Assembly (NCBI GenBank): GCA_028697015.1 | Contig: JAQVFW010000002.1 | Coordinates: 5,287 to 69,286 of the forward strand | From: Minisyncoccota bacterium | GTDB taxonomy: Bacteria > Patescibacteriota > Minisyncoccia > Minisyncoccales > GWA2-38-27 | DNA length: 64,000 nucleotides | Reading direction: 5' to 3' | Part shown: piece by piece, positions 1 through 9,287 of the stretch | Layout: the number at the start of each line of letters is the position of its first letter | Position numbering within the stretch: the first letter of the stretch is position 1 | The notes under the pieces: model-generated | What the model saw: only the letters and a program-made list of their open reading frames with translations | The model's database searches: none | What the model was told of the DNA's origin: nothing | Translations under genes and position numbers: made by a program

Positions 1-1437
1 ACTGCCAAAGTTCCGGGCAGAGAAGTTTTTAACGAAATGCTCGGCAAAATTGATGGCGGTCTTCCTCACTCAATTGGTATTTTGGCGTGGGCTCCGGACA
101 GATTGTCCAGAAATTCCGTTGACGGCGGGCGGCTCATTTATTTGCTTGATACCGGAAAACTTGCGGGGTTGAAATTTCCGACTTTCGCGTTTGAAAATAC
201 CCCAAGCGGCAAATTTTTTCTTTCAATTGCTTTATCAAACGCGAAGTATTATGTGGACAATCTGTCCGAGAATGTTCGGCGAGGGAATAAAGCCAAACTG
301 CGGCGAGGCGAATGGCCCGGCCAAAAACCACTGGGATATGTGTATGACCATAGATTACGCAACATTGTACCAGAGCCGAAAGAAGCAAAAATTGTAAAAA
401 AGACTTTTGAGGAGTTTGCGACTGGAAAATATGGCCTCGCTTCCATTTCTCATCGCCTCGCCGAGTTTGGCATAAGAAGCTCAAACGGCAAGCCACGTTC
501 TAATTCCTCAATCTTCAATCTTTTAACGAATGAATTGTATATCGGCGTTATGCGTTGGAAAGACGAGCCGTTTGAGGGTTCGTACCAGCCGCTCATCACA
601 AAGCAATTGTTTGCGAAAGTGCAGGAAGTTTTGAAAGAAAGAGGCAAGCCGCGCAAGACAAGACAAAAGCATAATTTTCCATTTTGCGGATTATTCCGCT
701 GTTCTTGTGGCGCAATGTTCACAGCGCAATACGCAAAAGGAAATGGCGGACTTTACCGCTATTATAGATGTACAAAAAAACAAGGAAATTGCGCCGCCAA
801 GTACGTCCAAGAGCAGGACCTTGCGCGGCAACTTTTTGAAAAATCGCAAACAATTGCTTTGCCCACTGATTGGGCCAAAGAAATGTTGGAGTATTTGGAT
901 AAAAACGAAGAATTGGAAGCCCAATCAGTAGACGCTTTTGTCCAAGAGATAAATCAGAAAATAATTGTTGTTCAGGACAAGCTCGATAAACTGCTTGAAG
1001 GTTATTTAGATAATCTTATTGACGAGGAGACCTACAAGCATAAAAAGGAGGAGCTTGTTCAACAAAAAATCACCCTGAAAGGTGAAAAAAATACTCTTGG
1101 ACAAAAGCGAATGAGCGGCTGGATCGAACCAACCAGAAACTTCGTAAATACCTTGATTCAAGCGGGAAAAATCGCTTCACCGAAATTTCTTGCAGAAATT
1201 TCGGACTTGGTGAGAAAAATTGGAACGAACCGCCTCATTTCCGAAAAAATCGTTTCTTTTGATTTCGTCCCGCTGTTTGATTTTACGGCTTCATTTCTTG
1301 CGAGCCGCGCCGCGAGGCGCGGCGAGCAAACCTCTTTTTCCGCTTCCGAAAATTTGCAAAATCCTGTTTGGTGGGCGACGAAGGAGTCGAACCTTCCACC
1401 TCTTCTTTATCAGAGAAGCGTTCTACCGCTGAACTAG
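1..1437 (+). CDS. Large serine recombinase (resolvase/invertase family), 5' end truncated by window edge; annotated stop likely read-through into tRNA
   Basis: Frame open from nt 1. DRLSRN catalytic-domain motif, recombinase domain (GxxPxGY), zinc ribbon (CGLFRCSCG...YYRC...C) and C-terminal coiled coil. Visibly higher GC than surrounding genome. Confidence 0.8.
   Translation, partial: TAKVPGREVFNEMLGKIDGGLPHSIGILAWAPDRLSRNSVDGGRLIYLLDTGKLAGLKFPTFAFENTPSGKFFLSIALSNAKYYVDNLSENVRRGNKAKLRRGEWPGQKPLGYVYDHRLRNIVPEPKEAKIVKKTFEEFATGKYGLASISHRLAEFGIRSSNGKPRSNSSIFNLLTNELYIGVMRWKDEPFEGSYQPLITKQLFAKVQEVLKERGKPRKTRQKHNFPFCGLFRCSCGAMFTAQYAKGNGGLYRYYRCTKKQGNCAAKYVQEQDLARQLFEKSQTIALPTDWAKEMLEYLDKNEELEAQSVDAFVQEINQKIIVVQDKLDKLLEGYLDNLIDEETYKHKKEELVQQKITLKGEKNTLGQKRMSGWIEPTRNFVNTLIQAGKIASPKFLAEISDLVRKIGTNRLISEKIVSFDFVPLFDFTASFLASRAARRGEQTSFSASENLQNPVWWATKESNLPPLLYQRSVLPLN
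1304..1323. other. GC-only 8-bp hairpin with GNRA (GCGA) tetraloop, 45 nt from the tRNA-Ile 3' end and inside the recombinase ORF tail
   Basis: gccgcgcc-gcga-ggcgcggc perfect inverted repeat in a ~30% GC genome. Confidence 0.5.
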
Positions 1438-1443
1438 TCGCCC
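1369..1443 (-). tRNA. tRNA-Ile (anticodon GAT), CCA encoded
   Basis: Manual fold of the reverse complement: acceptor GGGCGAC/GTCGCCC, D-arm GTTC-AGCGGTA-GAAC, anticodon stem CTTCT/AGAAG with loop CTGATAA, T-arm GAAGG-TTCGACT-CCTTC, ACCA 3' end. Confidence 0.8.
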
Positions 1444-1449
1444 AAATTT

Positions 1450-1992
1450 CTATTTCTTCTTCTTTTTTTTAACTGATTTTTTCTTTTTCTTTTTTACTGC
1501 AGAAAAATTTCCTTCAAAAATATCATTTGCGGTTTTTTTGAAAAAAGCCGGAGTAATTATTATCGAATCATTGTAATTACCGGATGAAAGATATATTTCT
1601 TTGTTTTTTGACAAAGATTTGTCTAAAAAAAGAGGATATTTAAATAATTTTCCAAAAGGAGGAATTGCTCCTATTTTCACTCCTTTAAAATTGTTATTTA
1701 TCCATCTTTCAGTTGCAAAATCTATTTTTTTAACAAGCTTCTCTTTATTTTTCTTTCTTGTTAAATTAAGCGTTTTTTTAAATTTTTCTTTTTCTAAATT
1801 CCTGTTTCCCGGAATAACGGCAATGTAAAAAGAATTATCCCCTTTTAGAACAACTGTTTTGGCAATTAATTTTGGGTCTACTGCCAAAGTAGCCGATTTG
1901 TCAAAAGAAGTATAAACGGTTTTATGAGAAATAACTTTATGCCTTATCTCTTCTTTTTGAAGAAAGTTAATTATCTTTTTTGGAACTGCCAT
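1450..1992 (-). CDS. YbaK/ProX-type aminoacyl-tRNA deacylase domain protein with poly-lysine C-terminal tail
   Basis: HKTVYTSFD...KTVVLKGDN...GAIPPFG pattern of the YbaK/ProX trans-editing domain. C-terminus KKKKKKSVKKKKKK encoded by A-runs. Confidence 0.55.
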   Translation of the reverse strand: MAVPKKIINFLQKEEIRHKVISHKTVYTSFDKSATLAVDPKLIAKTVVLKGDNSFYIAVIPGNRNLEKEKFKKTLNLTRKKNKEKLVKKIDFATERWINNNFKGVKIGAIPPFGKLFKYPLFLDKSLSKNKEIYLSSGNYNDSIIITPAFFKKTANDIFEGNFSAVKKKKKKSVKKKKKK

Positions 1993-2040
1993 AATAGGAA
2001 AATTCTAACAAAAAAAATAATTAATGTCAAAAAAAAGCGG

Positions 2041-2072
2041 GCCGCAAAAAGAAAGCGGCCCTTGAGATTTTT
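2041..2072 (-). terminator. Intrinsic terminator downstream of 16S rRNA
   Basis: On the minus strand GGGCCGC-uuucuuuuu-GCGGCCC hairpin followed by U8. Confidence 0.5.
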
Positions 2073-2290
2073 GAAGAAATTTTTCTCCAAAAATCCCCTT
2101 ATGTATGGCAGAAATAATTAAATAAGAAAATGCTTAAAAAAGAGCTTTCTTATTTAATTATTTTTTAATTTTAGTTCTTAAAAGTTGTTCTGACTTATAA
2201 ATAATCGAAATTTGAAGGTTCCTCGATCAATACCTCAGAGTTGAAAACAGAATTCTCGGTTTTCAACCAACGGTCGACACTTTTCTAAAA

Positions 2291-3777
<1,487 letters not shown>

Positions 3778-3990
3778 TTACATTAAAGTTAAACCCTAAT
3801 GTAAATAAAGTCAGAACAACTTTAAAAAACTAAAATGCTTGAATAAATAATTTAGGGACTTTTATTCAAGATTAATATTTTGTTTTCAAAGTACTTTCTA
3901 AAATAAACCCCGAAGATATTTAAGCATTAAACACCTTCGGGAGAAATCTTTTTGAATTATGTAGATTCTCTATTTCATACTGCTATCTTT

Positions 3991-4018
3991 AGTATATTTA
4001 TTTAATCTTTCTTGTCAA
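3991..4018 (-). promoter_or_regulatory. Candidate sigma70-type promoter for the 16S gene (-35 TTGACA, 16-nt spacer, -10 TATACT)
   Basis: Reverse complement of 4013..4018 is TTGACA. Reverse complement of 3991..3996 is TATACT. ~205 nt leader to the 16S 5' end. Confidence 0.35.
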
Positions 4019-4045
4019 GTTTTTAAGAAAAGAAAAAATGTGTAA

Positions 4046-4103
4046 TAAAAAACCCTGACAAGCCGCTTTCTTACAGTAAGAAAGCTGAAAGCTTGCCAGG
4101 GGG
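4046..4103 (-). terminator. Intrinsic terminator after the ParB-like gene (compound hairpin + U-run)
   Basis: Minus strand: CCCCCTGGCAAGC...nested GCTTTCTTA/TAAGAAAGC...GCTTGTCAGGG followed by TTTTTTATT. Confidence 0.5.
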
Positions 4104-4126
4104 CTTAGTGGCTTATTTAAAGAACT

Positions 4127-4924
4127 TTAATGACAAAGCGCCTCGAAACGCTTTTTCCAATCCGCTATTGCTCTGGATGCTCTTTTCTGAAGTTGCTCGA
4201 TATGAACGAATATTTCTCTGGCTTGCGACTCAGTGATATCGCCGTCCTCATATTTTTCAAGAATACTCCGCATCAGCGAAGCGTTCTTTTGACTTAAAGA
4301 TTTATGGCTTTTTGTAAGATTTCCCTGAATTTCGGGGATTCCTACCTTAAGTTTTTTCTTTCTTCCGAAAAGAACTTCTTTAACTTTTTCGGGTTCGACA
4401 TTATATTTTTCAGCAGCTTTTGTCACTGTTAATCCGCCTTCAGCAACGGCAACAACCGCTTTTTTGATTTTAAGGCGTGCCTGCTTTGACTGCACGCACT
4501 TGATATATTTTCTAACCAAACTGACTGGTAATCCCAACAGTTCGGCAATCCTTTTTTGCTTCTCTCCTTTTTCGATAAGAAGCATAACAGTATGCTCTGT
4601 GTCTTCCTGAGAAGGTGGCATTGAACCGCCCGAATTTTGCCTGTAGGCATAAGAGATCATTTCGGCCTCGTCTTCGAATTGAAGAACTTTGACCTTGATT
4701 TCTTTCAGGTTATTTAGCTCATAGGCTTCTTTGCGGTGTCTGCCGTCAACAACGGGACAAACACCGTTTGTACTTTCAGCAATTTCTATAGGGTCTTTCA
4801 TTTCGACCCCATTTTCAATAAGCTCTGCAAGATACAAAACATGTTCCTGATTGAGCTCTTTTCTTACAAAAAGATTTGTCTGAAGTTCAGACAAATTAAC
4901 AATTTTAGTTCCTTTTGCTCTCAT
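4127..4924 (-). CDS. ParB/Srx-like nuclease domain protein with HTH domains
   Basis: N-terminal ParB-like motif (PVVDGRHRKEAY), then HTH segments (QKRIAELLGLPVSLVRKYI; LTVTKAAEKYNV). GAGGAG RBS before the ATG. GC-richer than genome. Confidence 0.55.
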   Translation of the reverse strand: MRAKGTKIVNLSELQTNLFVRKELNQEHVLYLAELIENGVEMKDPIEIAESTNGVCPVVDGRHRKEAYELNNLKEIKVKVLQFEDEAEMISYAYRQNSGGSMPPSQEDTEHTVMLLIEKGEKQKRIAELLGLPVSLVRKYIKCVQSKQARLKIKKAVVAVAEGGLTVTKAAEKYNVEPEKVKEVLFGRKKKLKVGIPEIQGNLTKSHKSLSQKNASLMRSILEKYEDGDITESQAREIFVHIEQLQKRASRAIADWKKRFEALCH

Positions 4925-4947
4925 GCTTTATCTCCTCGTTTCTGATG

Positions 4948-5184
4948 CTAAATACTGTCGTAGGGCTGGAAAAACCTGCCGCTATAGGCGCGCCATCCGG
5001 CGCGTTTTTTTCTGATATCGGACAATATTACCAAAATTCCCGGTTCGGGAAAATCTTTTTCTTGCCAAACTTTTTTATCCAAAGAAAAAGTCACAAGACC
5101 AAGGTCTTCTGAACGGGCAACGGCATAAGGGCCGTGATGTCCGTTTATGACGATTTTTTCAACGATTGCCTGGTATTCTAACAT
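4948..5184 (-). CDS. Hypothetical small protein (78 aa), translationally coupled in the HTH/ParB operon
   Basis: Only 3 nt from the upstream gene stop. No recognisable domain. Contains an internal plus-strand GC hairpin + T7. Confidence 0.3.
   Translation of the reverse strand: MLEYQAIVEKIVINGHHGPYAVARSEDLGLVTFSLDKKVWQEKDFPEPGILVILSDIRKKRAGWRAYSGRFFQPYDSI
4989..5011 (+). other. Plus-strand terminator-like element (CGCGCC-atcc-GGCGCG + T7) embedded in the small minus-strand ORF
   Basis: Perfect 6-bp GC stem, 4-nt loop, immediately followed by TTTTTTT on the plus strand. Confidence 0.35.
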
Positions 5185-5187
5185 TTC

Positions 5188-5892
5188 TTATCCTTTCTGA
5201 TTTTCAATAATTTTTTTTGTCAATCTTGCGCTTAAAGAGTTTAAGTGCGACGAAAGGCGGAAAATAATTCCGGTAACCTCCCCAATGTCTTCTGGCTCTT
5301 CAAAAGCGTTTTCTTGCAAAAGATAAATCAGCGATTCCATTATTTTAATCGTAGCTTTTTCTTTATAATTTGAATTTTCTGTTTCAAATGTTTCCTTTCC
5401 AAAATTACCGGGCCTAATGTCGGCCTCAAAAATCCTTCTTTTTTCCTCTTTTTTTTTATTAAGTTCTTCTTTCTTTTCTTTCCAAATTTCCCACATTTTC
5501 TGGGATTTTTCTTTTCCCGGTTCTCCGTTTCCTTGAAGAACCTGGTAAAGGGAAGAGGCCGTGCTATATCCGATAGCATCTGCTGCCTCCTTTCCTGAAA
5601 AAAAACCAAAGGCGATAAGTTCAATAAACCCCCTTTGGACTTTTGGCATCCTTTCCAGTTCAATAATACTATACCCAATAGCGTCAAGAAAACACATCAG
5701 TTTCATTAAGGTCTCCCCTACGGGAAGCCCTTCTGAAGAGAGCCATCTTTTTACCGTGCTTGTCGAAACAGAACAAAAATCAGCTATAACAATAAGAGAA
5801 TTTTTTTGTGTTTTTTTAGAAAAAAGAAGAGAGTAATTTTGAAGACATTCTTCTGTATGCCCTCTAAAAATTTCAACTCGTTCATCTTGCAT
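5188..5892 (-). CDS. DNA-binding protein with two tandem HTH-like segments (phage/plasmid-type regulator-like)
   Basis: Segments LIVIADFCSVSTSTVKRWL and FIELIAFGFFSGKEAADAIGYSTASSLYQVL resemble HTH motifs. Lys/Glu-rich middle. First gene after tRNA-Thr. Confidence 0.45.
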   Translation of the reverse strand: MQDERVEIFRGHTEECLQNYSLLFSKKTQKNSLIVIADFCSVSTSTVKRWLSSEGLPVGETLMKLMCFLDAIGYSIIELERMPKVQRGFIELIAFGFFSGKEAADAIGYSTASSLYQVLQGNGEPGKEKSQKMWEIWKEKKEELNKKKEEKRRIFEADIRPGNFGKETFETENSNYKEKATIKIMESLIYLLQENAFEEPEDIGEVTGIIFRLSSHLNSLSARLTKKIIENQKG

Positions 5893-5987
5893 CTAGTATT
5901 CCTTTTTCAAAGAACCGTTTTTTCGGAAAGCCACTCTTTCCGATCTAGAGATTGTATAACATAAGAAAAATATTATGTCAATTTATG

Positions 5988-6059
5988 AGCCAGCGGTCGG
6001 ATTTGAACCGACGACCTACTGTTTACAAAACAGTTGCTCTGCCACTGAGCTACGCTGGC
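5988..6059 (-). tRNA. tRNA-Thr (anticodon TGT), CCA not encoded
   Basis: Reverse complement GCCAGCG-TA-GCTC-AGTGGCA-GAGC-A-ACTGT-TTTGTAA-ACAGT-AGGTC-GTCGG-TTCAAAT-CCGAC-CGCTGGC-T folds as a canonical cloverleaf. Confidence 0.8.
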
Positions 6060-6067
6060 AAAAATAT

Positions 6068-6382
6068 TTATTTATCTTCTTCTTTCTTTTTTTCTATTCC
6101 CCTTTGCCTTATTTTTCTAAGCCAAATATCGGTTATTTTTTCCGTTTTTAAATTAAAAACCTTAATTTTAGAAAGAATCTTATGAAGAAATCCATAAAAA
6201 GAAAAGGATTCTACTTTTTCACAGAGCAAGTCCCAAAAAGGTTTTAACTTTAATATTAAAGAAGGTCTTTTTTTTCGTTCTTTTGGAGCAGATTTTGCAA
6301 GTATAGGAATTTTAGTTCCGACGATAAAGAGTATTCCTAAAAAACTGACAAAAAGGCCTGAAAGTCCTAAAATATTTTCCAT
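6068..6382 (-). CDS. Hypothetical small membrane protein
   Basis: ORF with one predicted TM helix (LFVSFLGILFIVG). No homology recognised. Confidence 0.3.
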   Translation of the reverse strand: MENILGLSGLFVSFLGILFIVGTKIPILAKSAPKERKKRPSLILKLKPFWDLLCEKVESFSFYGFLHKILSKIKVFNLKTEKITDIWLRKIRQRGIEKKKEEDK

Positions 6383-6383
6383 A

Positions 6384-6968
6384 TTATATCTCGTATCTTA
6401 CAAACGACTTTATGGCGATATTTTCGCCGAATTTTGCTACTTTTTCTTCTATTAATCCTTTAATGGTTTTTTCAGGATCTTTAACCCATAATTGCTCAAG
6501 AAGAGAATTTTCTTTTTTAAATTTAAGGATTTTGCCTTTAATTATCTCTTCAATTACTTTCTCCGGTTTTTTAGCATCGGAAAATTGATCATTGTATGCT
6601 TTTTTCTCGCTTTCAATAATATCTTCAGGAATATCTTCTTTTTTTATAAATTTTGGATTTAAAGCCGCAATTTGAAGACAAATTTCATGGGCAAGTTTTC
6701 CAAATTCTTCGGACTTTGCCACAAAATCGGACTCACAGCGAATATCAAGCAAAACACCCACTCTTTTATTTTGGTGTATATAGCTTTCGACTATTCCTAT
6801 GTTTGTTTCTCTGGAAGATTTTTTATCGGCAATTTCCTTTTCAAATCCTTTTAAAAATTCTTTTGCCTTCTTAATATCTCCGTTTGCTTTTTCAAGAGCT
6901 TCCTTGCACTTAGAAATAGAAACGGATGTTTCTTCTCTAAGTTTTTTTATTAAATCAAGATCGATCAT
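6384..6968 (-). CDS. tsf: Translation elongation factor Ts (short form)
   Basis: N-terminal UBA-like LIKKLREETSVSISKCKEALEKANGDIKKA and core YIHQNKRVGVLLDIRCESDFVAKSEEF. Confidence 0.9.
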   Translation of the reverse strand: MIDLDLIKKLREETSVSISKCKEALEKANGDIKKAKEFLKGFEKEIADKKSSRETNIGIVESYIHQNKRVGVLLDIRCESDFVAKSEEFGKLAHEICLQIAALNPKFIKKEDIPEDIIESEKKAYNDQFSDAKKPEKVIEEIIKGKILKFKKENSLLEQLWVKDPEKTIKGLIEEKVAKFGENIAIKSFVRYEI

Positions 6969-6981
6969 CTTTTTAAAAGAA

Positions 6982-7698
6982 TTAAGAAATTTCTTTATTT
7001 TCTGTCTTTACGCTTTTAACTGCAACGGGTGTTTTTATGAGCACTTCCTTTATTTTATCCAAAATATATTTTATAGAAACAATTGCATCATTGTTTGCAG
7101 GAACAAAACAATCTACTAAATCAGGATTATCATCGGTATCTATTATGGCAAAAATAAGGATATTTTTTATTTTTGCTTCTTTTACGGCTGTAATATCTTT
7201 TTGAATATCAAGAACAAAAATAGCGTCAGGGGTAGTTTCCATATTTTTAATTCCCTCAAATTTGAGGCGCAGCCGTTCAATTTCCCTGTCTATTTCCAGC
7301 CGTTCTTTTTTGGTATATTTTTCAAGTTCTCCGGCTGCTTTCTTTTTTTCAAGATCTTTGTAGTATTCTACTCTTTTTTTGATAATAGGAAAATTAGTGA
7401 TAGTTCCTCCGAGCCATCTTTCATTAACGTACGGCATTTTGCATTCATCTGCCGTTTCCTTTACCAAATCCTTTGCTTGTTTTTTTGTTCCAACTAAAAG
7501 CAAGTTCTTGCCTTCTTCCCTTATTTTTTTTATCTTTTCAAGCATTTCTTCAAGCTTTTCGGCCGTTTTTTCAAGGTCTATAAGGTGAATTGTATTTTTT
7601 TCTCCGGATATATAGGGCTTCATTTTTGGATGCGTTGCCGACTTCCTGTGTCCGACAAAGAGCCCCGCTTCTGATAACTGATCAATCTTTGTTTTCAT
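6982..7698 (-). CDS. rpsB: 30S ribosomal protein S2
   Basis: LFVGHRKSATHPKMKPYI...LLLVGTKKQA motifs. Classic rpsB-tsf pair. Confidence 0.9.
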   Translation of the reverse strand: MKTKIDQLSEAGLFVGHRKSATHPKMKPYISGEKNTIHLIDLEKTAEKLEEMLEKIKKIREEGKNLLLVGTKKQAKDLVKETADECKMPYVNERWLGGTITNFPIIKKRVEYYKDLEKKKAAGELEKYTKKERLEIDREIERLRLKFEGIKNMETTPDAIFVLDIQKDITAVKEAKIKNILIFAIIDTDDNPDLVDCFVPANNDAIVSIKYILDKIKEVLIKTPVAVKSVKTENKEIS

Positions 7699-7873
7699 AT
7701 TGTCTTTATTATATTTTCTGTTTATTTAGGACAATGTAGCATATAAAAAAGATTAAATCAAGCGTCTTTTTTCGTTTTTGCCTAAATTCCTTTACAATTA
7801 CTCTTATTTTTAAAAAAAGGAAATATAGCTTATTGCTCTTGTCCTTATTCTTTTTTTATGATATAAAAGGGGC

Positions 7874-8140
7874 ATGAAAAAGACAATACATCCTAAATAT
7901 TTTGATAAAGCGAAGGTTCATTGCGTTTGCGGCAATAACTTTACAGTAGGATCCACAAAAGAATTTCTCGAGGTAGAAGTTTGTTCGGCTTGCCATCCCT
8001 TTTTCACAGGCAAAGAAAAAATTATGGATACAATGGGCCGAGTGGAAAAGTTTAGAAAACGCCTTGAAAAAAAAGAAGAGCCGAAAAAGAAAAAAGAGCC
8101 AAAACAAAAAAAAGAAAAACAAAGCAAAAAACTTGCTTAA
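7874..8140 (+). CDS. rpmE: 50S ribosomal protein L31 (type A, Zn-ribbon) with Lys-rich C-terminal extension
   Basis: MKKTIHPKY...CVCGNNF...[21 protein letters not shown]. Confidence 0.9.
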   Translation: MKKTIHPKYFDKAKVHCVCGNNFTVGSTKEFLEVEVCSACHPFFTGKEKIMDTMGRVEKFRKRLEKKEEPKKKKEPKQKKEKQSKKLA

Positions 8141-8185
8141 TTGTTTGCTTTTTTTACTTTTAAACTTATTTCCTAAAAGGAAACT

Positions 8186-9235
8186 ATGTCAGAAATTGAA
8201 TCCTTAAGAAAGGAATACAATGATATTTTAAATCAACTCGGCAATCCTGAGTTGATTTCTGACTGGAAAAAATTTGAAGATCTTTCCAAAAAGAAAAAAA
8301 AGCTGGAAAATATCATAGAAAAAAAAGAAGCTATTCTTCAAATAGAAAAGCAGATTGAAGAGAATAAGGCCATAATATCTTCTGAAGATATGGAACTTTT
8401 AACCTTGGCGGAAGCGGAAATAGGCACTTTAAGTCAAAAGAAAAGAGAAATTGAAAAAGAATTGAAAGATTTCTTAGAGGAAGAAAATTCTTCTGTCGAT
8501 CTTAATTCCGTTATTGTTGAAATAAGGGCTGGAACCGGTGGAGATGAAGCGGCTTTGTTTGCCGGAGACCTATTTAGAGCGTATCTAAAATATTGCGCTA
8601 AAAAAAACTGGTCTCATAAGGTCCTCGATTCAAACTCTACGACTATCGGAGGATTTAAAGAAGTTACTTTTGAAATAAAAGGAAATAATGTTTTTTCTCT
8701 TATGGAAAACGAGGGAGGAGTTCACAGAGTTCAAAGAATTCCGGAAACCGAAAAATCAGGAAGAGTGCATACGTCAACGGCAACGGTAGCCGTACTTCCC
8801 AAGCCGAAAGAGAAGAAAATTAATATAAGAACTGACGATTTAAAAATTGATTTCTTTAGAGCTTCGGGAGCAGGAGGTCAAAATGTCAACAAAAGAGAAA
8901 CTGCTGTAAGAATTACTCATTTACCATCAGGGGTTGTTGTTGTTTCTCAGACAGAGAGAAATCAGCTTCAAAATAAAGAAAACGCCCTATCTATTCTTGG
9001 AGCTAAGATAATGGAACAAAAAAGAAAACAAGAACAAAGCAGTGTTTCAAATCAAAGAAACAGTCAAATTGGTCTTGCTAAAAGAGTAGAAAAAATTAAA
9101 ACGTATAATTTTCCTCAAGACCGCCTCACTGACCACAGAATAAAAAAAAGCTGGCATGGCCTTCAAAGGATAATGGATGGCGATCTTGACGAGATTATAG
9201 AAACAACAAAAAAAGAGCTTCAGCTTATAGAATAA
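8186..9235 (+). CDS. prfA: Peptide chain release factor 1
   Basis: GGQ motif (SGAGGQNVNK) and PxT-type tripeptide region (QRIPETEKSGRVHTSTATVAV). Confidence 0.9.
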   Translation: MSEIESLRKEYNDILNQLGNPELISDWKKFEDLSKKKKKLENIIEKKEAILQIEKQIEENKAIISSEDMELLTLAEAEIGTLSQKKREIEKELKDFLEEENSSVDLNSVIVEIRAGTGGDEAALFAGDLFRAYLKYCAKKNWSHKVLDSNSTTIGGFKEVTFEIKGNNVFSLMENEGGVHRVQRIPETEKSGRVHTSTATVAVLPKPKEKKINIRTDDLKIDFFRASGAGGQNVNKRETAVRITHLPSGVVVVSQTERNQLQNKENALSILGAKIMEQKRKQEQSSVSNQRNSQIGLAKRVEKIKTYNFPQDRLTDHRIKKSWHGLQRIMDGDLDEIIETTKKELQLIE

Positions 9236-9253
9236 AACAATAATATAGATAAA

Positions 9254-9284
9254 TAAAAGAAACCGCGAATTGGCGGTTTCTTTT
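9254..9284. terminator. Bidirectional intrinsic terminator between convergent prfA and transglycosylase genes
   Basis: AAAGAAACCGC-gaattg-GCGGTTTCTTT flanked by A-run and T-run. Confidence 0.5.
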
Positions 9285-9287
9285 ATT

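Noticed and set aside
2073-2290. Spacer tRNA (Ile/Ala) downstream of 16S, or a 16S 3'-terminal intron carrying a displaced CCUCC exon
   Set aside because: The region is AT-rich with only simple hairpins (e.g. GTTGAAAAC...GTTTTCAAC, AAATAAGAAA...TTTCTTATTT). No cloverleaf could be folded, and no AAGGAGG-complement is present. 16S length (~1.49 kb) is normal.
5924-5944. TCGGAAAG-ccact-CTTTCCGA hairpin between tRNA-Thr and the HTH gene as a terminator
   Set aside because: The T-run precedes rather than follows it on the plus strand, and A's follow it on the minus strand, so it is not a canonical intrinsic terminator in either direction. Possibly a processing stem.
5952-6185. 77-aa plus-strand ORF
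   Set aside because: Overlaps tRNA-Thr (5988..6059) on the opposite strand. The tRNA fold is unambiguous.
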